A stretch of DNA of 25,280 nt from Macrostomum lignano (Eukaryota), in contig NIVC01005130.1 in NCBI GenBank assembly GCA_002269645.1, positions 1 to 25,280 on the forward strand, in the 5' to 3' direction. A program made the position numbers and the translations under genes. This document shows positions 9,569-19,904 of this stretch, one piece after another (within the stretch, counting starts at the first letter, position 1; every line of letters starts with the position of its first letter). A model generated the notes under the pieces. The model was not told the DNA's origin. It searched no databases and saw only the letters and a program-made list of their open reading frames with translations.

Positions 9569-10981
9569 ATGAGCGAGGACGAGCGCATGTCCTTGCTGCG
9601 GCCCGACAAGCCAGCAGGTCGCAGGAGTAAAAGCGTTGACATGATACTCGCCACCACCTCGCTAGGCGGCGGCGCTGCAGCGGACTCAGAATGCGCCAAA
9701 GCCACCGCGCACGATGTTGAATTTGAAACTGGCGGTCAGGACGACAGCCTGACCGACAATCAAGGCCTGATGCACTTGCTGAAGGCTACGATTGGCACCG
9801 GCGTTCTCGCCATGCCTGGCGCAGTCAGACACGCCGGGATCGTGGCTGGGCCAATTGGCGTCGCCCTGATCGCTCTGGTGTCGCTGCACTGCACCAAGCT
9901 GCTCATCCGCGTGGCCAGACGCCTGCGTGCCGAGACCGGCCAGCAGCGCATGGACTATGATGCGGTTGCGGGCCTGGCGTTCGAGTACGGACCTCGGAAG
10001 CTGCGGTTTCTGGCTAGGGCCAGCCGCATCATGTTGAACTCATTTATGCTGATCAACCAGCTGGGCCTCGTGGCCGTCTATTACCTGTTCGTCTGCGAAA
10101 ATGTACAAATTTTTGTGTCCGACGTTACTGGCCGCCAGCTGCCGCTGATTTGGTTCACTTCCGGCTTTCTGCTGCTGTTCCTGCCGTTCGTGTTCCTCAA
10201 GAGGCTCCGCCTGCTGGCCCCGTTCGCCCTGCTGGCCAACGCTTGCATGGCTACCGTGCTGGTGTGCATCGTGGCCTTCTGCTGCCTGGACCTGCGGCCC
10301 GTTTCCAGCCTACCGGCGATAAAAGGCTTCAACACTCTGCCACTCTTCCTTGGCGTTGTGCTATTCTCATATGAGTCCATCAACCTTGTGCTGCCAATTG
10401 AGAACAAGCTGCGCAACAAAGACGCCATGGTGCGCACCTGCGGCATCATGGACCTGTCAATCTACCTAGTCATTTCGATGTACGCGGCCGTCGGATTCTA
10501 CGGCTATCTGCGTTACGGTGAAAATGTGAAAGAGGCCATCACCTATTCGCTGCCCAGCTCGCCCTGGTACATGGCCTCGCTCAAGCTGGTCTACAGCTTC
10601 TCCGTGTTCGTCAGCTACGGGCTGCAGTTCTACCTGTTGGCCTACATCCTCTGGTACTGGCTGCAGCCGCTCGTGTCAGCCAGATTCCGAGGCGCTGCCG
10701 AGTTCTCTCTGCGCGTGGCAATTGTGCTGTTCAGCTTCGCAGTGCCAATGCTGGTGCCACACCTGGACCTGATGATTGCACTGCTGGGAAGTCTGAGCGG
10801 CTGCACTATCATCTTCATCTATCCGCCGATGCTGCACTCCGTTCTGCTCTGGACTGAGCGCAGCGCCCTGCCCTGTTGGAGGCTCATACTCATGAAAAAT
10901 ATCTGTCTAATGGGATTCGGTCTGTTCTCTCTTTTGATCTCGACCTTCCTGTCCATGACCGAGATTATCAGAACTTTTTAA
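9569..10981 (+). CDS. SLC36A: Proton-coupled amino acid transporter, SLC36/PAT family (Aa_trans / AAAP), 470 aa, intronless CDS
   Basis: Uninterrupted ORF with family motifs 'LMHLLKATIGTGVLAMP', 'FSYESINLVLPIENK' and 'YAAVGFYGYLRYG', and about 11 hydrophobic segments. The paralog number cannot be assigned. Confidence 0.93.
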   Translation: MSEDERMSLLRPDKPAGRRSKSVDMILATTSLGGGAAADSECAKATAHDVEFETGGQDDSLTDNQGLMHLLKATIGTGVLAMPGAVRHAGIVAGPIGVALIALVSLHCTKLLIRVARRLRAETGQQRMDYDAVAGLAFEYGPRKLRFLARASRIMLNSFMLINQLGLVAVYYLFVCENVQIFVSDVTGRQLPLIWFTSGFLLLFLPFVFLKRLRLLAPFALLANACMATVLVCIVAFCCLDLRPVSSLPAIKGFNTLPLFLGVVLFSYESINLVLPIENKLRNKDAMVRTCGIMDLSIYLVISMYAAVGFYGYLRYGENVKEAITYSLPSSPWYMASLKLVYSFSVFVSYGLQFYLLAYILWYWLQPLVSARFRGAAEFSLRVAIVLFSFAVPMLVPHLDLMIALLGSLSGCTIIFIYPPMLHSVLLWTERSALPCWRLILMKNICLMGFGLFSLLISTFLSMTEIIRTF

Positions 10982-11871
10982 ATGCCTCCATTCAGCCGTA
11001 TGTCACCGGTACAATTTTTTTTTATTTTCATGTCATTCCAACCCAACAACCCAATAAGCTTGTTTTTGTATAGTGTGGAAATCTCAGCTTACATGAGTTA
11101 TTTTTTCAACTTGTTATAAACGAAAGTGTCATGAGAAGAGCAAAATTACTCGTAGATTTCGAAACAATATCCGATCGATACATCAGCCTAAATATGGCGT
11201 AGAGCTCTAATTGGTGCTTTCGTTGCACACGTCAGGTCACAAAATAATGAATATCAGAGGGTTTGAGAAACAGCTATTGGAGAAGGGATTAGATTTCGTA
11301 TCGAGCTCCAGCTGTAGTTTCCAGGGCCAAGTTTTTCGCTCCTATAATAATTGCCTCCACAGCTCAACTAAGACTTGTTTAGCTTTTGAAACCCAAGAAC
11401 TGTTTTGCTAAGTTTCCACAAAATGTAAGTCCATTATTATAATTATTTTTACCGCAATCACGCTTTCTATTTTTCTGTGCTTATAAATTTTTGCGAATTC
11501 AGAACCAAGTTTCAATTTTTTTCAAGTCTCTTAACCATACGCACCGATGTCCATCTTATTTCACAAGAAATTTTGTCGTATATTCTTTCGAAATGCTTCA
11601 AGCAATTCAGAGTCAATTTCGATTTACTATGTATCTTTTTTTATAAATTACACTTTATTAGATAGGTCGAGTCATAATAATTTCTAAGGTACATAAAGAC
11701 AACTTTATAGCTCGTACATTCTATAAATTGATAAATCAATCTCCTGTTCGGCTTGTGCAATGTCCAAAAGAGCCTCATCTTCGTTCAATACCATATTACA
11801 GATCAGCGTCACTACAGTGTACATTTGTATGGGCTTCTGTGTGAGCAACTTCTTCATGGTTGGTTAATCTC

Positions 11872-12210
11872 CAAGTTCTACTCAAGTAGAAGGATGGGAA
11901 ACTACGTTTCTTAGAAAAGGTTTAGGAGGCTGGTTAGAATATGGTTAGAAGATACGTAGAATAAAAAATTAACATAGAACCCTAATTTTCTCAACAAAAA
12001 GCTTTATGTATATCAATAGAGCTATAAGAAAGGCACAATATATCAAAAGATGAACATTGGGTCTGCCTCCTATATCGAAAGCAATAACAATTTTTGTGGT
12101 AAAAAAATGAAAAGCTCCTATCTCCGTAGTGTATTTTTTCGGCGAAAACCAGCCTCCTAAACCTTTTCTATGAAACGTAGTTTCCCGTCCTTCTAGTTAA
12201 GTAGTCCTTG
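11872..12210. mobile_element. Non-autonomous DNA transposon (MITE), about 340 bp with about 64-bp imperfect terminal inverted repeats
   Basis: Left arm CAAGTTCTACTCAAGTAGAAGGATGGGAAACTACGTTTCTTAGAAAAGGTTTAGGAGGCTGGTT is the near reverse complement of 12147-12210. A second copy lies at 20709-20964. The TSD is not resolved. Confidence 0.85.
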
Positions 12211-12879
12211 AAAATCTCTTGGAGATCTCTCTACTTTAACAGCTCTTGCAACCAGCGGTCTAGCAGAAGCCATTTCACAAAGTGTCACAGACTGTTGCTG
12301 AGTACATGCTTGGTTGTATACTCGTAGCTTTTCTCAATGAACACCGGGAAACCTTCGCTGTAGAATATTTTCACAAGATGGGGCATGAGGGATGCTAATT
12401 TTATATTACCCCCATTAGCTATGAATGTTTCACAAATATTTTTCATTTGAAATACTGCCACTGACCGTATATGTTCAACTATACAAATATGAAAATAGTG
12501 TTGAAACCCTCGAAAGTAAGAATTCTCATAAGATTTGGCTGTTATACCCCACAGTTACGTATAACTTTGTTCGAACTAAAATATATATATACCCTCGGGG
12601 CAAGAACTCCTAAAGACAGCTTTACTGGACGGGAAGCTCCCCACACGAATTTACTTTACTGAGGCAGCCATAATTCCCAGCTATTGTGTGAGTAACAATT
12701 AAGGGCCATTTTACCTCTCAGAGGGCTGTTACGATCGTCTTAAACACCAAACAGCATACGAAAGCGATTCGTTTGGCGAACTTGCTGCTACAAATTAATA
12801 TAATGATGTAGACTTAATTTATGATGAAAATATATGCCATTAATAGAGAAAAATATTGAATTAAGGCCAGGTTCGGGCC

Positions 12880-13310
12880 TTTTTTGTAAAAGTGTTTCAA
12901 GTTGTGTACCGGATCGAACAGCACGAACACAGGCTGGCCTGTTTCCTCCGTGATGGCACCGATTCAATCCTACTTGCGATGTAGATCTCGTCGATGACCT
13001 TTCTCCATCTTTTAAAGCTCGCAACGCAAAATACATGTAGCCTTGGCTGTCAAGGGCCGCTTGAAGATCCAACTCTTGCAGTTATGGACCACGGCGTGCG
13101 ATCAGATGGGAAGCAGATGGCGGCCTGCTCAAAGCATGGTCTCGTATGCTGAGACACTAGCTGATGGATTAGATCAATTATGAAGAACACAAGATCCTCG
13201 GAGTACCTCTTGGTGCACGGTGGCTTCCTGCTCAGCTTCAGGTGCTCCAAGAGGTCTTGCACCGCATCCAGCAGACTGGAGACCTTGGTCTCAGCTCTCA
13301 GGTGACGACT
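12880..13310 (-). mobile_element. Decayed P-element-like (THAP9-type) transposase fragment, frameshifted and internally deleted
   Basis: Minus-strand pieces in the expected order: 'ICFPSDRT' (lPsxrTL), 'LDSQGYMYFALRALKDGER', 'VIDEIYIASRIE' (first catalytic D, 12981-12999) and 'GQPVFVLFDPVHNLKHFY' (DxxH motif, about 12890-12935). Family assignment is from memory of motifs. Confidence 0.55.
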
Positions 13311-15260
13311 CGGTTTTGCAGAAAACACACAGTAAAACAAAACAAAAATTTGAAGCCTGACTTAACTTCCTGAAGATTAGGTAAAAAATATAAAATTTTA
13401 AGCTAAAATACTGTTTTAACATTTTTTTATTTCCTGTTTAAGTTTTTATATAGCGCCAATTGATGTTGGCGATATTTCAATAGCTCTAATCAAATTATCA
13501 ACTTTTATATTACTTAAATAAAATAAATAGTGCTTGAAACAGTTTATAAGCGGATTAAGGGATCTAATTTACTGTTAAATAAAAAGCTTTTTACTGTACT
13601 CATCTCTGTTTGCTTGCATTTACCACAAAGGTCTTATTCTTGTCTTACTTTTTTATTGTTCCTCTGTGTATAGTTAGTGCTTTCTTTACTTATGCTGCCG
13701 TGACGGCCCACTGAGCGATGTGTTGTGTTTTTTGTATTTGAAATCTCGCGCATTTATTTCATCTTCACACTTCTGACTGTTTAATTCGCTTGTTTGGTTG
13801 GCAATCATTTTTAAAACACAATTCACAATCACACCACATAGCCTAGCAACAGCTAAAGTTGATTGATTGAATCAACTATCCGAATAATGACTGAAGAAGA
13901 CGATAGTCACTACCAAACGTACCCACAAGGATTTTCAAAAAGAGATGTTTACCAGCTTAAAAAGAAAGCGTTTCTTTTTGGTCGAAAGCGCCTTGATCCA
14001 ACACAAGAGATAGATGAAGCAAATGAAACAGAGGAAACAAAACTAGAACATGGTCGACCTGCCAGTGAGCTTGTCACTTCAAAAGGAATTGCAAAGGAAA
14101 TTCAGGTAATGAATTGCATGTATGATGTATATAATATATTCTAAATATAAATTATAAAATCCTAAATTATTTTCATGAACTTGTAATATTTAGTTTATAA
14201 AATTATAAGATAGGTCTACCATAACAAGGCTATTAAATTGAGTCATTATTTAAATACCTTTTATAATTTTAAAGGTAAGTTAATAGCAAACAATTTTATA
14301 TTAAAATATAATTAAAAGTCAAAAGACTCAAAACTAATTTAAATTTTATCATAAAAATGATGTTTATTATCTAAGACTAGGCCTAGTATTAAATACTTTG
14401 AGTATGTTATAAATAATGTTATTGATATGTAAACTAGCAAATTTGCAATCATAGATAAACAAAACTATATCACTTAGGAGCACAGTGTCTCCCTATATCA
14501 ATTACCTATTCCCCTGGATGGAATTCTTGCAGAAAAATCACAACTTGATGAAAAAATCACCCAATGCGATTTTGCGTCAAAAAATCCAGAAAAAATGTGT
14601 CATAGAATTTCAGACAAAATTGCTAATTCTTAATATATGCAAAAGTGCGCTTGAGATATTGGATTTTGCAAAAGATAATCTTACTAGCTAAGATCACAAA
14701 GAAAAAAAGAATAAAAAGTAAAAACTAAAATAAGGCACAAAAGTAAAAATTTGAAAAAATTCTCTAAAAGTATAAATTTGTAACATTCTCTAACATACGT
14801 ATTTGGACGAAAATTCAAATCACTACATTTTCTTAGAATGCATTTTTCGTTATTGTCTTATTGATTACTTTTGCAACATGCTAAGTACCAAAATAAAAAA
14901 TGCAACCAATAAAAATATTTTGTGCACCATAAAAAATCACATAATTCTATTTGACTTAAGAAATACAAGAATTCTATCCTGGCCTATTCCCAGTGGATAT
15001 ACAGCTTCTTCACCTCAGCTTGCAGATGCTTTTCTTATAGCTGTTGGAACTAGTGTAATGTGGCCTATTTGAACTCTTCATGGTTTGCAAAAGCAAAACT
15101 CCTCTTGGAAAAGTTAGCTTTTAACCATTTGAATAGAAATTGATTGCATAAATTGAAGTCTAGACTATAAGGACTCTAGCGTAGATTTGCTTGCTTTCTA
15201 GCTAGAAAATCCAAAACAGCCTTATAGGTACTGTGGTAAAGTTACATGTCTAATGAAAAG

Positions 15261-15554
15261 CAAAATTAAGAACATAAGCACTATCATTTTTTATGCAATA
15301 TGTTTTGCCTGGCATCAGGCATTGTCAGGCTCTTAAAATTTAGTTATGATTTTTTGTATATTTACTTATATTTAGCAATTTAAACAAAAATTGATCAATA
15401 AAAGTCAGAAAATGTATATAAATTAACAGTAGATTGCATAGTCTAGCAGAGTGCTTACAGAGTTACAATAAGGGGGAGAGATGGAGAGAGAGAAAGAGAT
15501 AAGTACAAGTGTACACCTAGAATACTCTAAGGAGGGCATTGGCACCATGATTAA
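15261..15554 (-). repeat. Penelope pseudo-LTR, arm 1 (3' end of the element)
   Basis: Reverse complement aligns with 15959-16266 (roughly 80% by eye). It includes the last EN codons, a TC-rich tract and a hammerhead-like motif. Confidence 0.85.
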
Positions 15555-15864
15555 CATTGGCAAGTTGCTTATTTAGAATTGGTTTATGCAATTTTATGTA
15601 TAGGGCTTCAAGCACTTTTATTCTATACTCATTTGAGCACATATGGATGATAGAAAATCTTTTATCAATTTGGCTATCACAGCATTCTTTGCATATTATC
15701 AAGTGGTTGTGCATAGCCCAAATCTTTTGCCTATGTTCTCTACTGTTCACATATAGGTGTTGGGTAGTTTCACCTATGTAGGTGATACTGTGGTTGCTAG
15801 AGCATTGAAATTGGTAAATGACACCTGCCCATAAGGAGCTATGAATATGAATATAGCATTTCAA
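15517..15864 (-). mobile_element. Penelope-like retroelement, C-terminal GIY-YIG endonuclease fragment
   Basis: 'GVIYQFQC...YIGETTQHL...REH...NHL..C..C...LEALYIKLHKPILNKQL' is the PLE-type GIY-YIG signature with CCHH-like residues, ending at a natural stop. Confidence 0.9.
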
Positions 15865-15958
15865 ATTCTTAACTAATTGACCAGTTTTCTTGCAAACAGA
15901 AAGTGACCATGAGTTTTCACATTTAAATGCTTACTAAATGCTCTGATTAAGGTTCTTT

Positions 15959-16266
15959 TTAATCATGTTTCCAGTGCCCTCCTTAGAGTATTCTAGGTGT
16001 ACACTTGTGCTCATCTCTCTCCCTCTCTCTCTTTTCATCTCTCCTCCTCATTGCAACTCTGTGAGTATTCCACCAGACTATGTAATCTACTATTAATTTA
16101 TATACATTTTCTGACTTTTATTGACCCATATTTTTCTAAATTGCTAAATATAAGTAAATAAACAAATAAATTGTAACTAAATTTTAAGAGCCTGACAATG
16201 CCTCACACAAGATGAGGCAAAACATGTCGCATAAAAAAATGATAATGCTCACATTCTTAATTTAGC
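15959..16266 (+). repeat. Penelope pseudo-LTR, arm 2 (inverted copy)
   Basis: Begins TTAATCATG..CCAGTGCCCTCCTTAGAGTATTCTAG, matching the end of the EN ORF in the opposite orientation. Inverted pLTRs are an established PLE arrangement. Confidence 0.85.
16188..16232 (+). ncRNA. Degenerate minimal hammerhead ribozyme in pLTR arm 2 (second copy at 15294-15332, minus strand)
   Basis: CTGACAA-T-GCCTC-loop-GAGGC-AAAA-CATGTC versus canonical CUGANGA-stem II-GAAA-palindromic stem III-GUC. Two core G positions are A, so it is probably inactive. Confidence 0.6.
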
Positions 16267-16512
16267 CTTATAGGTATATGGCCATGCGCTGTTCATCTGC
16301 CATAGAACCTTGTCCAGGTGAATTGGATTTGACCAAAGAGTGCACCAAAGGTTGCCAGTGTGTGGGACAAATTCAACAAAATATTATCAATTGACCTTAG
16401 TGTTTGGCAAAAATTGTGCAAATGAAGACTCATTAATTTTGTGTCAAGGTACTAGCAAAATGATTTTCTTGTCTTAGATAGACTTCTTGGTCAAGGTTGC
16501 CCTGGAGTCCTT

Positions 16513-16882
16513 TAGTTTTTTATTTTTTTATTAGAGGCAGGGGGGTGTGTGCACCCTGGCGCACTTTAAGCAACATAGGCACACAACTGGCGAGAGGCAT
16601 TACTGCCCATTCTGTCGACTCTCCTGAGCAGGCATACAAGCGCGCGGATATGTACGCAGGCACACACTCACACAGGAGTGTACAGCGGCCCTAACTTTAT
16701 TTATCATTAGGCATGTACACTTCACTGCGCCTTGGGGGGTTGGCTCTCAAGGCCATTAATTGCACAAGTAGAGCCAAGCCAAGATTCCAATTCAGCCCTA
16801 AATTAATGTGATTGCACTTGGAATCGAGCCTGGGTCATTGGCACACCAGAGCAGCTGCGCTACCGCTGGGCTACAGCCCCCC
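16513..16882 (-). mobile_element. tRNA-derived SINE, about 370 bp, with A-rich tail and 15-bp target-site duplication
   Basis: Minus-strand head GGGCTGTAGCCCAGCGGTAG (A box, 16863-16873) and GGCTCGATTCC (B-box-like, 16820-16830); tail TAATAAAAAAATAAAAAA; perfect TSD TGCCCTGGAGTCCTT at 16498-16512 and 16883-16897. Confidence 0.8.
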
Positions 16883-16897
16883 TGCCCTGGAGTCCTT

Positions 16898-17091
16898 AGT
16901 TGGTAATGATTGTCTACCTTGCTGCCTTTGCCATCTAGGTTGAGCCAGGTCTTATCATCAACAACCAGGCAGTTTAGGGTGTCATCTAAGCCCTGGCTGC
17001 TAAACACCTTGTGGATCTGCTTGGTGCAGGTGTCTTGTTGGGATTTATGGTGATTTTTGTAATTTTGTTTGCTGTATAGACAAGAGTTCAT
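16898..17091 (-). mobile_element. Possible Tc1/mariner-like transposase relic interrupted by the SINE
   Basis: 'CLVVDDKTWLNLDG' resembles the first catalytic 'vmDDEt' motif. No other motif is convincingly recovered. Confidence 0.25.
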
Positions 17092-18099
17092 TGTGCTATT
17101 GTGTCAGAAAGTTAAAAGAATGATTTTTCTTGAATCAGCTGCTTTTTGTTTACTTGCTAACTCTGCTTAGCAAATTCTTGTGATAAGCCAGGCCATAAAT
17201 ATCCTATGCACATCTGGAATGCACTGGTATTGCTTCACTAAATATACTTTGCAGCTACACTACCCACTAGTGCATATGCCTAATATATTTCAGACAAGCA
17301 CACAGTGAAAAATTATTTATGATATATCCAAAGTACATAGCACCCCTTTGTAATAGTTTTGTTATTTGAAATAAGTACCTTGCTATGGTGCCTTCATATA
17401 ATATCCTTAGAAATGCTATGTCTAGGAACAGTGACCCTTGTATAGCAATGGTTACATATTCTATGAATTATTTTTCATATATAGTCTTACAATACTAGTG
17501 AACTTTACTAAAATATTCACTTTTGAATTTTACTAATAGGGTTTTAATTTCTTGACTATTTTTAAACTCTGTATTGAGGCCATTTCCTTCTAACTATTCA
17601 AAACTGGAAACTCTGCCTGAATCTGCATTGGTCATGTGATCCCAATTAGTGCATGCATATTTTGTTACCTTTCAGATAAGTGTGCATTTAGCTAACTATC
17701 TGATTCGTATTATTGCTTTCCCCTTTTATTTGAGTTGACAAGTTGATGATTTCTATTGATCTATAGAGCTAATCGTGTTCCAGGAAGATCTACAAGGCAG
17801 ACTGGCTGGTAGGGGTAGGCTTTGGACAGGATGCGGTTTTACTGCAAGTACAAGTAGCCACACTAGTGCATTCCAGTCCAGTCCTGAACACTTGGTAAAT
17901 GGTGACCTTACACAGCTGCAATCTGCACCGATGGAGAGCGGCCGAACCAATGCCCCCCTGTGCGATTGATCATGCATAGTAACCAATGTATTGCTATATC
18001 TTAGGGGCGATGGGGAAGCGTTGAAAGCTTTGGATGCTGGCGCGAATGAACACACCGGATGTGACTGCCCCCACTGCGCTCTGTACATGCCCCGCCCGC

Positions 18100-18276
18100 T
18101 CCCACTATCTGTCTCTCTCTGTCCCTAGTCTCTCTCTGCGCACATTTCAGTCCTTCCTGCTGCTTCCAATAATAAAATCCCAGTCCGAGTCCCGTTCTGA
18201 AGGCGCCGCTGATGGGGAGGGAGTGGGAGGATCTGGCGAAGGAAAAGTGCACAAAGAAGACTTGAAGGGGAAGCGG
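18100..18276 (+). promoter_or_regulatory. Putative promoter / non-coding first exon of the AMPK gamma gene (start boundary approximate)
   Basis: Local GC/CpG-rich island (about 18000-18480) after AT-rich DNA; donor CGG|GTGAGT at 18277; matching acceptor CTCTTGTCAG| at 19361, 24 nt before the ATG. Confidence 0.35.
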
Positions 18277-19385
18277 GTGAGTTGCTGACTGTGTGAGTAG
18301 GGTAGAGCCGGCTTTTTCTAGGCTTCCCGCACCCAAGTTCTCGCGCCGCCTCTCGCTTAATTTTCTCCCAACTTCGGCCTACGCAATTTCTTCCCATTTT
18401 AGCTGGACTGTTTCAGTATCCTTCGCGCAGTGTTTTCCTCCTCCTGTATTTCTCTATCCGCCTTTCTGAACCGGAATTCGTTTGTAGACACAGAAACAGG
18501 TCTGCGCAATAAGGCCGAACGCGCGCAGAGTGTAGCAAATGTGGCGTAAAAACATTCTTGCAAGATAATGTCTTAAACTCGAAAAAGCAGATTTAACTGC
18601 AGATTTGGCGAGCAGTTGAACAATCCGGCACCGCCATAGCGGTGGTCATTTATTCTGATCTGGTTTAGCCCGGTTTGGGGTATGAAGTGCATTCCGCGTA
18701 CCCGCTCAAGTACACACGTACTAGTCGCACTTAAGAATTTTCTCACGCATACGTCTTTAATAGTGCTTTGCGTTGCTGCTCTTTATATTCTAGCTTGTGC
18801 TTGGACCTGAAATAACTCGCTCTCACGAATGTGGTACGGCTGTCAATTTAGCTATTTGAATTTCTTCATTATTTAAATATATCAATTTGCCGTTACTGGC
18901 CTCAGATACTGATTTGTCTGAGCCTTTGCCATTCGCATTAAAATATTCGTTATTAACGAAATCATCTTTTTCTGCTTCCAATCGGAACAAATTTGTTTCA
19001 GTCATATTTTTGGCGATTAAATTCGTTTGATGCAGTGAAATGAGAGTCAAATTTCAATTGATTTGCTTTTTTCTACTAAACGTCGGTCGTAAAAATATCT
19101 TTAAATTGTTAGGTAGACGCCTTGTAGTAGACAGGTAAATTTTGCGCACTCCTGAACACAAAACCCATCTGGCTACGGGATTGACTACAGGCCAGGTGAA
19201 ATCTTTGAAGCAAAATTAGCAACTCTATTTCTATCGTATTGTCTGTTTTGGAAGATCTATCAAAGCTTGCAGATTCAATAGCTTGATTATTTGGCTTAAT
19301 GCATTCGAAAGCCTATTATCTATAGATTAACCTATGAAAATGCCGCATCCCCTCTTGTCAGCACCAACCGGCTTCCGAATCAGCG

Positions 19386-19904
19386 ATGGCCTCGGCTGTC
19401 AGCGATGTCGCAGCGGCAGTTGCTGCAGAGGCCTCGTCATCGGCGTCGCAGGTCAGGGCCCGGCGCAAATCGGCCGAATCCGGCCGGGCTCGGACCGCCT
19501 CGGCGACCGATGCCGACTCGGACGGCGGCCGACCCGGCGGCAAGCGCTCCTCTGTGCGCCAGTTTTTTGACAATTTCCGGCCGCGCGCCCGTTCGGAGAA
19601 TCCCCGCTCGATGTCGTCGCCAAAGCGTCGGGCTCATTCCGGCGATGCGGACGGCGAGAGCAGCGACGTTGAAGCTTCGGCTACGCTTGGCGTCAAGAAG
19701 CGCTCAAAGAGTCCTATGGGCAGCCTGGTGAACCGGCTGAAGCTTCTGGCTACTGACACTGGTGAACGGCGGCGTCGTGGCGGCGGCATCCCGCCAGTCC
19801 AGGGGCTGCCGCACCCAAGCGACATTCCTCTGGACACGGCCTACTTGGCACACAGCCACTCCATGGAGAGCGGCGGGGACGAGCGACGAGTTCGTTTAAG
19901 AAAG
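19386..19904 (+). CDS. PRKAG: AMPK gamma subunit, first coding exon of a long isoform (173 aa, disordered, Ser/Arg-rich)
   Basis: GCGATGG start context, GC-rich ORF, phase-0 donor AAG|GTCAGT at 19905. Linkage to the downstream CBS exon is inferred from compatible phases and from known long N-termini in PRKAG2 and SNF4Agamma. Confidence 0.65.

Noticed and set aside
11250-12360. Possible decayed PIF/Harbinger element interrupted by the MITE (minus-strand 'ARPLVARAVKVER', 'VVTLICNMVLN', 'WVSKAKQVLVELWRQL')
   Set aside because: The resemblance to DDE_Tnp_4 and Myb/SANT motifs is too loose to support by eye. A frameshift-aware HMM search after removing 11872-12210 would decide it.
17100-18000. 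Short ORFs and AT-rich sequence upstream of the GC-rich island
   Set aside because: No recognisable motif, splice-consistent frame or repeat structure.
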